A DNA stretch of 64,000 bases, from NCBI RefSeq assembly GCF_009914755.1, contig NC_060926.1. The stretch is one strand, 5' to 3'. The position numbers were made by a program, and so were the translations under genes. Below the pieces are notes generated by a model that was not told the origin of the DNA, ran no database searches, and saw only the letters and a program-made list of their open reading frames with translations. The DNA comes from the human T2T-CHM13v2.0 reference genome, Homo sapiens. Shown one piece after another: positions 1 through 12,946 of the stretch; position 1 is the first letter of the stretch; every line of letters begins with the position of its first letter.

Positions 1-535
1 CACTCCTCCATAGGCCCATGAACCCAAGCATCTCACTTCTATCAGTGATCCGAGAGTAAGGGCTTGCCACTGCTTAGACACTGTGCAAGTCAGCAAGTTC
101 CATTCAGCTAGGTGCTACAGGGGTGGGTGGGCTCATCTAATCTGCTGTCCGGATGCTTCACAAGGAAACATGGGGTTGCACCTGCCTGATGAGTTCAGAC
201 AGAAGCAGGACAGCTGGGCTGGAAGCTCTAGCAGGTGTGACCCACCTGGCTATCAGTGACAGGGATGGGTCGAGTCACCTTCCCTGCTGTCTGGATGTTT
301 TCTGGGGCAACAGGACGCTACCCCACTGGCTGAGTTTAGGCATAAGCAGGACTTCTTGGCTGGAAGCTCTAGCAGGTGTGGCCTGCCTGGCTCTGAGGAG
401 CAGAGATAGGTGGAGTTGACCAATCTGCCATCCACATATTTCCCAGGGAAACAGGAGGATACAGCCACCAGATGGATTCAGGCAGAAACAGAAATACTGG
501 AGTGGAATCACTACCAGGTGTGGCCTGCCTGCTTA
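1..535 (-). mobile_element. Probable 5' region of an old primate L1 (L1P4/L1PB-type) with ~141-bp internal tandem repeat
   Basis: Motif ggaagctctagcaggtgtg at 221 and 362, degenerate copy at 504; ctgc(t/c) anchors at 142, 284, 425. Family and strand inferred from resemblance to repeat-bearing old L1 5'UTRs. Confidence 0.45.
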
Positions 536-536
536 T

Positions 537-815
537 GAGAAATGGGGTTTTACCCTGTTGTCCAGTCTGGGGTATAATGGTGCAATCATAACTCCCTGTA
601 CCCTCAAACTCCTAGGCTCAAGCAATCTTCCCCGCTCAGCCTCCTGTGTACCTAAGGACTACAGGCATGTGCCACCATGTTTGACTATTCTTTTTAATGT
701 TTTTTAGAGACAGGTCTCACTATATTGCCCAGGCTGGTCTCAAATCCTTGTCTCAAGCAATCCTCCTGCCTCAGCCTCCCAAGGTGCTGGGATTACACAC
801 ATGAACCACTGCACC
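537..815 (-). mobile_element. AluJ
   Basis: Dimeric Alu in reverse with J-type ctcaagcaatc motifs; no poly-T (tail) visible at the left end. Confidence 0.9.
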
Positions 816-817
816 TT

Positions 818-2996
818 TAAGTCATAATCATTTTGCTGGTGGAGGGTCTTGCTTCAATGTCGATGGCTGCTGATTGATCAGGCTATTTCTTAATGTATGC
901 CTATAATGAAGATTGCCACATATATTTGATTCTTTCTTCTACAAAAGATTTCTCTCTAGCATTCAATGCTGTCTGATAGCCTTTCACTCACTATAGAACT
1001 TGCAAAATTGGAGTCAGCTCTCCCAAACCCTGACACTATTTTATCAAGTAAGTTTATGTAATATTCTAAATCTTCTGTTGTCATTTCAACAATGTTCACA
1101 GCATCTTCAATTGATGCTGTTGTAGATTCAAATGCAGTAAACCACTTTCTTTGCTTATCCATAAGAAGAAAGCCCTCATCAGTTCAGGTTTTCTTATGAG
1201 ATTGCAATAATTCAATCACATCTTCAGGCTCCATTTTTAATTATAGTTCCCTTGCTATTTCCAGCAAATCTTCAGCTTCTTCCACTACTGAAATATTGAA
1301 CTCCTCAAGGTCATCCTTGAGGGTTGGAATCAACTTCTTTCAAATTCCTATGAATGTTGGTATTTTGACATTGGAGCATGACTGAAAAATTGTCTTAATG
1401 GCATCTAAAATGGTGAATATTTTCCAGTAGACTTTCAATTTAGTTTGCCTAGATCCATCAGAGAAATCACTATCTATGGCAGCTACAGCCTTATGAAATG
1501 TATTTTTTAAATAGTCAGACCTGAAAGTCAAAATTAACTCTTGATCCATGGACTGCAGAATGGATGTTGTGTTAGAAGCCATGAAGCCAACATTAATCAT
1601 CTTGTACATCTCTTGGGTGAGTTCTTGGGCAACCAGGTGCATTATCTATATACAGTAATATTTTGAAAGGAATCTTTATTCTGAGTAGAAGGCCTCAATG
1701 GTGGTCTTAAAATATTTAGTAAACCATGTTGCAAACAGATATACTGTCATTCAGGCTTTGTTCATTCATTTATAAAGCACAGGCAGAATAGATTGAGCAC
1801 AATTCTTAAGGGTCCTAGGATTTTTGAAATGGTGAGTGAGCATTGCCTTCAACTCAAATTCACTAGCTGCATTAGCCCTTAACAAATTAGTCAGCTTGTC
1901 CTTGAAAGCTTTAAAACTGAACATTGACTTCTCTCTAGCTGTGAGAAGTCCTAGATGGCAGCTTCTTCTAATATAAAACTGTTTCATTGTCTACATTGAA
2001 AACCTCTTGCTTAGTTTCAATATTTTCTTCAAAGATCTTAGCTTGATCTTCTGGATAAATTACAGACACTTCTACATCAGTACTTGTTGCTTTACCTTGT
2101 ACTTTTTTGTTATGAAGATGGCTTTACTCCTTAAACATTATGTACCAACCTCTGCTAGCTTGAAACTTTCCTTCTGCAGCTTCCTTTCCTCTCTCAGCCA
2201 TTGTAAGATTGAAGAGAGTTAGGTCTTTTCTCTGGATTAGACTTTGGTTTACGGGAATGTTGTGGCTTGTTTGATCTTCTATCCAGACCACTAAAACTTT
2301 CTCCATATCAACAATAAGACTGTTTCACTTTTTTTACCATTTGTTCGTTCACTGGAGTAGCACATTTAATTTCCTTTGTGAACTTTTCCTTCGCATTCAC
2401 AACGTGGCTAGCTGTTTGGTGCAAGAGCCCTAGCTTTCAGCCTATCTTGGCTTTCACCTTGCATTCCTCACTATGCTTAATCATTTTTAGCTTTTGATTT
2501 AAAGTGAGAAATCTGTGACTCTTCCTTTCATCTGAAAACTTATAGGTCACTGTAGGGCTATTAATTGGCCTAATTTCAATATTGTTGTGTCTTAGAGAAT
2601 AGGGAGGCCAAAGGGGAGAGAGAGAGATGGGGGAACAGCTCATCCATAGAGCAGTCGGAACACACACAACATTTATCAATTAAGTTCACCATCTTACATG
2701 GCTGTGATTCATGGCTGTGATTCACTGTAACCTCAACCAAAACAATTACATTGGTAACATGAAAGACTATTGATCACAGATCACCATAACAGATATAAAA
2801 ATAATGAAAAAGTTTGAAATATCATATGAATTACCAAAATGTGACAGAGAGATAAGAAATGAGCGCATGCTCTTGGGAAAAAATGGCACCAATAGACTTG
2901 CTTGATTCAGGATTGCCATAAGCATTCAATTTGTATTAAAAAAAGTGAAGTACAATAGTGCAGTAAATTAAGGTGCAATGAAATGAGATATGCCTG
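818..2996 (-). mobile_element. Tigger1 (TcMar-Tigger DNA transposon), near full length, 3' end missing
   Basis: 5' TIR ...atgcctg ends at 2996 followed by TA; transposase fragments in ORF track ([40 protein letters not shown]). Confidence 0.95.
1190..2550 (-). pseudogene. Decayed Tigger1 transposase (HTH-psq, CENP-B HTH, DDE_1), multiple stops/frameshifts
   Basis: ORF fragments 2437-2679, 2124-2306, 1766-1987 and 1340-1642 are collinear with the Tigger1/TIGD1-like transposase. Confidence 0.9.
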
Positions 2997-3159
2997 TATT
3001 AATTTTTCCAGTTATTGCTAATGTAGAATTTTGAGGAGAAAATATATATGAAGGGATTGAAATAGATAAGCATAAGAAAGAATGTCTATGATGTAATGAT
3101 TTGACTTACCATTAATGTAGTGTTTTAAGATTATGTTGTTCTTTCACAGCCATTATCAT

Positions 3160-3228
3160 ATTGGGTCTTTACAAAACCACTGTGACTTAGGCAGGGTAGG
3201 TATTTCTGTCCCCACATTACAGATGAGA
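3160..3228 (-). mobile_element. MIR fragment
   Basis: cttt-acaaaaccactgtgac-taggc...ccccacattacagatgag resembles the MIR core in reverse. Confidence 0.5.
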
Positions 3229-3338
3229 GGCATCCTTTGCAATATATTTTTCACTATGTACACTGCTAATGGTCAAATAATGTGGGTAGAATTAAGATAA
3301 GGCCTAAGGCAAAATACAAGAATAAAAGTGCTTTTTAA

Positions 3339-4223
3339 AAATAAATTTTTATTTTTATTTTAAGTTCCAGGGTACATGTACAGGATGTGCAGGTTTGTTA
3401 CATAGGTAAACATGTGCTATGGTGGTTTGCTGCACCTATCAACCCATCACCCAGGTATTAAGCCCAGTGTGCATTAGCTATTATTTTAATGCTTTCCTTC
3501 CTCCAACCTCATCCCCCAATATGACCCAGAGCTCATATAGCCAAGACAATTCTAAGCAAAAACAAGAAAGCTGGAGGCATCATGCTACCAGACTTCAGAC
3601 TCTACTATGAGGCTAAAATAGACAAAACAGCATGGTACTGGTACAGAAACCGACACATAGACCAATGGAACAGAACAGAGATCTCAGAAATAAGACCACA
3701 CATCTACAACCATCTGATCTTCTACAAACCTGACAAAAACAAGCAGTAGGGAAAAGATTTCGTATTTAATAAATGGTACTGGGAGAACTGGCTAGCCATG
3801 TGCATAAAATAGAACTGGCCCTCTTTCTTACATCTTATACAAAAATTAACTTAAGATGGATCATGCCACTGCACTCCAGCCTGGGTGACAGAGAAAGACT
3901 CCAGCTCAAAAAACAACAACAAAAAAAATTAACTCAAGATGGGTTAAAGACTTAAGTGTAAAACCCAAACGTATAAAACACCCTAGAAGAAAATCTAGGC
4001 AATATCATTCAGGACATAGGCACAGGCAAAGATTTCATGACAAAATTGCCAAAAGCAATTGCAACAAAAGCAAAAATTGACAAACGGGATCTAATTAAAC
4101 TAAAGAGTTCTGCACAGCAAAAGAAACTATCATTGTCATGAACAGGCAACCTATAGAATGTGAGAAAATTTTTGCAATCTATCCATCTGACAAAGGGCTA
4201 ATATCCGGAATATACGAGGAACG
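3339..4223 (-). mobile_element. 5'-truncated, 5'-inverted L1PA (older subfamily): 3' UTR end on minus (3339-~3520), ORF2 piece on plus (~3525-4223)
   Basis: T-rich tail plus L1 3' end reversed, then sense ORF2 sequence (gccaagacaattctaagc...tctgacaaagggctaatatcc). Flanking direct repeat taaaagtgctttttaa at 3323-3338 and 4224-4239. Confidence 0.9.
3860..3923 (+). mobile_element. Severely 5'-truncated Alu (last ~45 bp plus A tail) inside L1
   Basis: atcatgccactgcactccagcctgggtgacagag...ctcaaaaa; TSD aaaaattaact(t/c)aagatgg at 3841-3859 and 3924-3942. Confidence 0.9.
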
Positions 4224-4319
4224 TAAAAGTGCTTTTTAATGTTTAGGGCGAAAGAAAGAAGGAAGATTAGTTTGTTAATTGGGGCAGTAGAGGAATACAT
4301 TTAGGCCAGTTTTCTTTTT

Positions 4320-4595
4320 CTTTCTTTTTTTTTTTTTGAGATGGAGTTTCACTCTTATTGCCCAGGCTGGAGTGCAACCTCAGCCTCCCGGGTTCAAGCA
4401 ATTCTGCTGCCTCAACCTTCTGAGTAGCTGGGATTACAGGCATGTGCCACCATACTCAGCTAATTTTGTATTTTTAGTAGAGACGGGGTTTCTCCATGTT
4501 GGTCAGACAGGTCTCGAACTCCCAGCCTCAAGTGACCCACCCACCTCAGCCTCCTAAAGTGCTGGGATTACAGGCATGAGCCACCATGCTTGGCA
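4320..4595 (-). mobile_element. AluS (Sq/Sp-like) with ~24-bp internal deletion
   Basis: Reverse Alu; TSD cagttttcttttt at 4307-4319 and 4596-4608. Confidence 0.95.
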
Positions 4596-4608
4596 CAGTT
4601 TTCTTTTT

Positions 4609-4937
4609 TTTTTTTTAAACTTTTAATTTCTGGGGTACATGTGCAGATGTTTCTATAGGTAAACTGTGTGTCATGGAGGCTTGGTATACAGATTGCTTCA
4701 TCATTCAGGTAGTAAGCATAGTACCTGACAGGTAGTTTTTTGATCCTTACCTTCCTCCCACCCTCTATCCTCAAGGTAAGTCCCAGTGTCTGTTCTTCCC
4801 TTCTTTGCGTTCATGTGTACTCAATATTTAGCTCCCACTTATAAGTGAGAACATGAGGTATTTAGTTTTCTATTCCTGTGTTTGCTTAGGATAATGACCT
4901 CCAGCTCCATCCATGTTGCTGTAAAGGACATGATCTC
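4609..4937 (-). mobile_element. L1PA (old, ~PA13-16) 3' end
   Basis: ggggtacatgtgcag...ctcccacttataagtgagaacatg...ccagctccatccatgttgctg is a reversed L1 3'UTR. Confidence 0.85.
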
Positions 4938-5804
4938 TGAGTTTTTATTTTGTTAATCTACTGTCAATTGATTGTTGGATCAAAGGAATGATCATAATTC
5001 TATAAATATGTGATAAAATCTCATTTATCCTAGTGGTCAAGACAGAGACATGAGGTACAGACAATAAGTAAATAAGGTAGCTTGGTAACTGGCTGGAAGA
5101 TGATACCCAAGGAGTGTCAGTTAATGGAGTGAGGTTTAGGGGCAATGAGGTTTCTGGGGGATTGCCACAGAGAACAGTTCTGAGTCTGGGGAAATGTAAA
5201 ATAACCCAGAATACACTTAGCAATACAAGAAGATGACACTGTGGGCCTTTACATTTTGGGATCCCCTATACTTTATTTCTCCCCTGGTCATCTTCTTTGG
5301 GGACCCTGCCTCTGCTGTCCACCTCCTTCCAGTTTAACCATCCATCTTGAGGCCCTGCTGATTTTCCTATTCTTTAATTTTCTGGGCTTCACTCAACATA
5401 TTCCCTTTTTGGTAAGGAATTTTTCACAGATGGCCAACTTGGTAATAAACCTATTCCACATTCTCAATAGGATTTTAAAAGTTTCACACACTGTAAACTA
5501 ATCTCATAGAAAACTCAAATTGATCCATTGTATTCATTATTTATCATAATAGTTACCATTATTGGGTACTAACTAAATAGCAGGATTTATGTTCAGCTTT
5601 TTATAAACAAGTGCATTTTTTTCACAATAGTCCTGAAACAAATACTAATAAACCTCATATGGCAATTGAAGAAATAAAAGTAGTGATGAAAATGATATCA
5701 CAGTGGCAAAGTGAGAATGACATAACACTAAAGAGATTATGATTAAGCTTGAAAACAGAGTGAGGAATCCAAAGATACTGCAACAGTTAATTCACTAGGC
5801 AGAA

Positions 5805-6591
<787 letters not shown>

Positions 6592-7073
6592 CACATTTGG
6601 GTAATTTCTTTTAACATTTTCTCCTATCCTTCTTATTCTAGTCTAGAATAAAAACATCTGATTGGTACTAGCATATCTCAAGTATACCTATTTTATATTT
6701 ATTTGAGATTGTTTCATTTTTCAATTCTCAAAATACTAATTTTTTTGTTTGTTGCATCTAATAACTCTTCTTCATGGAGGTGATTTGGGGAAACCTAATT
6801 CGAATTTTATGTCTAAAGTGGGGGCCGTCTTGTGGAGACTATTCCTTCTAACTTTGCGGTTTGTGTAACTCCACATACTCTCTGGAAATAAATTGCCAAT
6901 ATTCTGACACTTCTCTCAACACTTTAGCACTCATCTCTTGCAAACAAGTCATTCTTCTCCACAACTACAATAATAAAATAACATCACCTAACATAAAACC
7001 TATATTCAAATTTCCTCCATTCCACGAAGGTATTGGAGAGCTATTAGAATTCATTTTTAATATGTTAATATTA

Positions 7074-7356
7074 GGCCAAGCGTGGTGGCTCACGCCTATA
7101 ATCTCAGCACCGTGGGAGGAGAATATGGGAGAACTGCTTGAGCCCAGAAGTTTGAGACAATCCTAGGCAACATAGGGAGACTCCATCTCTACAAAAAGTA
7201 AAAGCATCAGCCAGGCATGATGGTGTGCACCCGTGGCCTCAGCTACTCTGGAGACTGAGGCAGGAGGATTCGTTGAGGGGGGAGTATGAGGCTGCAATGA
7301 GCTATGATAACATCACTGTACTCCAGTCTGAGCAACAAAGTAAGATCCTGTCTCGA
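7074..7356 (+). mobile_element. AluJ
   Basis: ggccaagcgtggtggctcacgcc...gcttgagcccag...gaggctgcaatgagctatgat; TSD gttaatatt at 7064-7072 and 7418-7426. Confidence 0.92.
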
Positions 7357-7357
7357 A

Positions 7358-7358
<1 letters not shown>

Positions 7359-7417
<59 letters not shown>
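7359..7417. repeat. Compound microsatellite (TA)n(CA)n replacing the Alu tail
   Basis: Directly visible. Confidence 0.97.
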
Positions 7418-7420
<3 letters not shown>

Positions 7421-7885
7421 AATATTCATGATAAAACAGACGCAAAGAAATATTATTATGCCTTCTTTCTTATTGTCTACCTTACCCAAAAAGAACTGTC
7501 AGAGAAGAGAACAGAGATCTAAAATTATTGGGTTGGAGCACAGTTATAAAGAGGAAAACTTTTTAAAGCTAAATCCAGTCAGGGAAGCTGACTGTAGGTG
7601 GGCTAGGGGTGAAAGAGGAAGAGGTGTACATTAAGGCAGAGGAAATTGTAGTTAAGGGAACTATCCCATCATGGTTAAAGCTTTTCAGTCAGAGTTGTCT
7701 CAACTTGTAAAAAAAGTACTTCTTTCTAAACAGTATGTTTTACTATAGAGGGCATAGTGTGCAGTAGTTACTATAGATTTGTTGTTGCAGTATTACAGAG
7801 AGACACTAATATTCTCTGAAGGGAGGGGTCACAGGATCTGAATGTTTCCTCCTTTCGCCCCTGTCCTGTTTCAAACTCTTGCTCC

Positions 7886-8260
7886 TTATTTATTCATTTT
7901 TAGCAACGAAGCTTGTTAAGCCCCTTCCACGTACCAGGTATTTGCCAGGCATTAGGATTGTGGTGGTGAAAACACAAATACGTTTCCTGAAACATAAAGC
8001 GTGGAAAAATACTGAATAACTAATTCTAACCATAATGCATTGTTTGAAGGAGAAGTGCAGAGCACTACAGGTGCTTTTAACTGGAATCTTACTGAGGATC
8101 AGGAAAAGTCTTCCTATGGAAGTCCCCTTTAAGCTGAACCCAAAAGTTAAGATTAACCGAGGGAAGGGAGAAGGGGTAAGGAATAGGAAAAGGGAATAGG
8201 GAACAGAATGGGAGCAAAAGAAAGGAGGCAGGAGAGAACCTTTCCATGTGGGAGTGCACA
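7886..8260 (-). mobile_element. L2 fragment
   Basis: ttattcatt...gtaccaggtatttgccaggcattaggat resembles the reversed L2 3' end. Confidence 0.55.
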
Positions 8261-9029
8261 TTTTTGCAACAGGAAATTTGTTTTGTCTCTGATAGTTCCG
8301 TGTTCCACTTGCCAAGGTATAGCAGCTGCTTATACCTTTCCTTTCTGTTATTTTTCAGAAAGCAGGGTCTGAGCATGTGGCAAGAGGGTGATGTTAACCC
8401 TGGCACCCTCTGAGGCACTAATTTCACTGCTGTTTTATGCCCTCTCCTAGCTCATCCATTTCTCTCCCTGCCCTTCCTTATGTTGGGGAATTACTCACCT
8501 ACTCTGGGCCTCATCTTCTTTGTGGACTTTGGAGACCGTTCTGCTTTTATATTGTCTGTAGGTGAATTGTTTCCATGTAAGTTACATATTTTCTCATTTG
8601 ATCTCTTCCTCAAAACTATCACCCAGAACTCCACCTGCAATTTAATACCACCTCTTCTGGTCTCTCTCCGTCTCATTGCTGCTGTGTGGACAAAGGTTTC
8701 ATGTGTACATTATAGACAAATGTTTGGTGCAGCATTTGATCCAACACTGTGCTCTTCCCTTGAATGCTAATCATGTACACACAGACAAATAATTTACTTG
8801 GCTTTTATTGTGTTTTTGTTTTTATTATGTTTTCTGGCTCTTGTTTTGTTTGGCGAGTTTTGTTGAACACAGGCACTAAGTTTGTGTAAATTCATGCTGA
8901 GGATGTTTGTGCAGCTACCCACAGAAGCTATGGGGAGGAAAGGAAGTCCTAGCATAGTAAACATGTAGAAAGACAGGCATGGGCATTCACAGGGTTCATG
9001 CAAACCCATCACTTTTGATAGACTGGAGA

Positions 9030-9153
9030 CACAACATGTAAGCTCCATGATAGCAGCGATTTCACTGACTTTGTTCACTGCTGTCTCTTGCAGCTATAGC
9101 AGAGCTCATTATGTTGTTCTTTTTTAATACATATTTGTTGAATAAATGTATGA
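9030..9153 (+). mobile_element. L2a 3' end
   Basis: atgtaagctccatga...ttgttcactgctgt...atatttgttgaataaatg. Confidence 0.75.
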
Positions 9154-9175
9154 AAACCTAGCAATATAGCATTTA

Positions 9176-9500
<325 letters not shown>

Positions 9501-9556
9501 GAAAGAAATCAGTGTGCAAATTACATAGGATTTCTTTCCTTAAAGAAATGCATCAA

Positions 9557-9846
9557 GGCCGGATGCAGTGGCTCACGCCTATAATCTCAGCACTTTAGGA
9601 GGCAGAGGCGGGCAGATCACCTGAGGTCCAGTGTTCAGGAGCAGCCTGGCCAACATGCGAAATGCCTTCTCTACAAGAAATACAAAAATTAGCCAGGCAT
9701 GATGGTGCAAGCTTGTAATCCCAGCTACTCAGAAGGCTGAGGCACAATAATCATTTGAACCTGGGAGGCAGAGGTTGCAGTCAGCTGAGATCGTGCCACT
9801 GCACTCTAGCTTAGGTGACAGAGCTAGACTCCATCTCCAAAAATAA
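9557..9846 (+). mobile_element. AluS (Sx/Sz)
   Basis: ggccggatgcagtggctcacgcc...gatcacctgaggtc...gactccatctc. Confidence 0.93.
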
Positions 9847-10489
9847 AGGAATGAATAAGATACCAGCATATACTACTTTCTTTTTGCAATGAGTCTGTGA
9901 GCTCTGCACCTTCCCAAGGATGGGCCTGGACCCAGACCCTCCCAGGAAGCTCTACTCTAGGAATCATGCAAGGACTCACTTTAGCTTTGGTATGGTGCAT
10001 TTCAGTCCGATTAAAATTGTTTTCATCTCTGGAAATAAAATTGTGGCTTACATATCCTTTCAGTCCCACTGATTTACATCACTGAGAGGATCATGAAAAT
10101 AACCATGGATTGGACTTATATTCTAAGAGATATTTTAGTGCTGGAAAGATGCTCCTGCATTGTCTGGTCCCAGCCCCAAATGTCTTTCCTAATGTTTTGA
10201 GCTTCAGGTGCAAACCCTGGTCTTGAGACCCTGTCCCTGTATCTTCTCTCCACAGTCAGGGATGACAGGGACCTCATCCCAAAACCCAGGACTCAGTCAG
10301 GGAAAGCCTCAAGGCATTTTATAGCTCAGAGAGGCCACCAAACCCAGCCTGCTTCTTCATTCTGGTGTTCAGATTCGAATCCAGGCTGTCTCTTAGCATC
10401 CATCATTATGCTGAATACTTTGATTATTGCTTTATGGAGATAAGTGATTTTCTCTAAACTTTAATTTCTCTGGAAGTGGAGTCTGATTT

Positions 10490-10655
10490 TGTGGAAAGAG
10501 CTCAAGATTGGGAAATATGAATCTAGGGTCCTAATCCCAGCTTTGTACTTCTTGAATAAGTCTTTTACCATTGCTGGGTCTCATTTTCTACACTTACTTG
10601 AGGGTATGGACAAGACGGTCTCTCAAATTTCTTCCAGCCTTTATGACCTATAGTT
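10490..10655 (+). mobile_element. MIR3/MIR
   Basis: gtggaaagagc...ctagggtcctaatcccagct...tttcttccagc. Confidence 0.6.
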
Positions 10656-12044
10656 CTATCTGGACACTAGGAAGGTCCAGACCAGGGTACACCACTTCAT
10701 TTTTTATTGCTACAAAATGGTTTTTTATCCTGTTAGTATTGCTTAATTTTCCTCCTGTCCTGAGTCCCTTTCATTTTCTGTATTTTGCAGCTGAGATTCT
10801 ATGCCACGCATTTTCTGTATATGATAGGTTTAGGTTGTTTTCCCACCACCTGCGAAACTGTCATGCAAGTCCACAGGAATTAGCTGTCAGTATCTTTCTT
10901 TCCTTTATTAACACTTCTAGCTCCAGGAGTGGGACCTAGAGGTCTTTTTGTTCAAGGACAGGAATGAAAAGGGCAAAAGGAATGAGACATAGGGAAGACC
11001 CAATAAACATCAAAGTTATGGTTTCAGGTGATAATTGTGGTTCAGGCAGGTTTACATATCAGCATTCTGTTGGTTTGATTTTATAAAATTAAGGACCCAC
11101 ACTAAGTGTGATGATGAATAGCACTTCTCTTCCTTGAATAGTGAGGAAAGAAATAACAATTGAGCCCATGAGCTTGAAAGAGAAGGAAGTTTTTATGATT
11201 TCTTTGGCAACATACTTGCTAATTTCTGACTATTCAAGCTCTATCTGAGGTAGAAGTAGAGGATGTACAATAACTGAACATCTGAAAGAAGAGAGAGAAG
11301 AGTCCATAGTTGGACGTCTTAATTTACAGCATCCTGGAGACCTGAAAGCTAGGGCTCATGGCCTTTGGTTTGCATCATGAATCACTCACAGGATAGAGTA
11401 TTCAGTAAACCCTGAGTGCTGTTGCAGAAACCGGCAGGCGTGGCATAGATGTAGCATGGCATGCTCAGTATCTTGTATTAGGCAGAGACAGCTTTTAGGA
11501 ACCACTTGTGGATGTGGGAGGAATTGTAGACAAGGAGTCGTAAGACCCCAGTGTGATCTCCCACTGACTTACCCTGGAAAAATTCACACAACTCACTTCA
11601 TATCGCTAGTTTCTCCCCCAGCCCAACATGCATTGTGGAATTCTTTTCCTTACTTTTAACTGTTAATTTGAATAATTTTAGAATTACATAAGAGTTGTTA
11701 GCCTCATGGGATTTTGCAAGTATCAAATGAAATAAACATGAGAAAATATTTTGAAGAGCTTGAAAGTACCACATTTAAGTTGCTGTCGAGGCAGCTCTTG
11801 TCCCACTATAATGATGTGAATACCTTCATCAGGGCACTTATTTTGGAGCATTGCAATTAGTTATTTACATGTTTTCTCCTTTACTAATGAAACAGGTCTG
11901 TGTCCTGATTATTTTTTTGTCTGCAATTCTAGCATAATACTTGTCAAATAGTAGTTAATCTTGAAAAAGATTAAGAAGAGGAGAGGACTCTAGAAATACA
12001 ACCTATGACTAACCAATAATGTCAGTTATTATCAATAGCAACAT

Positions 12045-12448
12045 TTTTATGGCAAAGACATTGCAGATGTGATTAAGCTAAGACTCTTGAGATAGGGAGA
12101 TTATTCTGGATTTGCCAGGTGGGCCCAAAGGTGAAGTAAATTTGAGCATAGAAGAAGGTGACTTGACAGAAGCAGAAAGTGATCTGAAGATGCCATGTTG
12201 ATGGCCTCAAAGATGAAGGAAGAAGGCAAGAGCAAAGGAATGCAGTTCTAGAAGCTGAAAAGATCAAGAAAATGAATTCTTCTCTGGAGCCTCTAGAAGG
12301 AGCACGGCCATGTCTACACCTGGACTTCATCCCAAGTGAAAGTAATTTCATAGTTCTGGCTTCCAGAACTATGAAAAAATATATTTGTGTTGTTTTAAGC
12401 CTCCAAATTTGTAATAATTTGTTACAGCAGCTATAGGAAATTCACACA
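12045..12448 (+). mobile_element. MLT1 (MLT1D-like) MaLR LTR
   Basis: gcagatgtgattaag...gggagattattctggatt...ctagaagctgaaaaga...ttgttacagcagctataggaaa. Confidence 0.85.
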
Positions 12449-12613
12449 GGGCAGCCTACAGGAGTTTGTCAGAGCCTGTATTTATTTCCGACCAGTGGGG
12501 CATTGGAAAATCTGTCTCAGAAATACTGTCTCAGAGCCTTGCTTTTACCATTTGTAATTTATAATTATGAATTGACTCATAGTGTTTCTGAGACCTTCAA
12601 GGCAATGTCTTGA

Positions 12614-12946
12614 CCGGTGCTATTCATTGGTAACATAATGCAGGCCAGAAATGTGAGCCACACATGTTATTTTAAAATTTTAGTAGCCATCCATGTTAAA
12701 AACAAAAGTAAAAAGAAACAGGTAAAATTATTTTTAATAATATTTTAATTTAACCTAATATATCAAAAAAGTATAATTTCTATATATAATATAAAAATTA
12801 TTAATGAGTTTTTTAATATAATTTTTTCCTAGGTCTTTAAAATTTGGTATGTCTTTTTATTTAAAGTACATCTCAATTTAGACCAGCCACATTTCCAGTG
12901 CTGGATGGTCACATGTATCCAGGGGCTACCATATTGAGGAGTGCAG
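12614..12946 (-). mobile_element. MER33 (hAT-Charlie MITE)
   Basis: tagtagccat...aaagaaacaggtaaaatt...catctcaatt...agccacatttc...ggctaccatattg. Confidence 0.8.
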
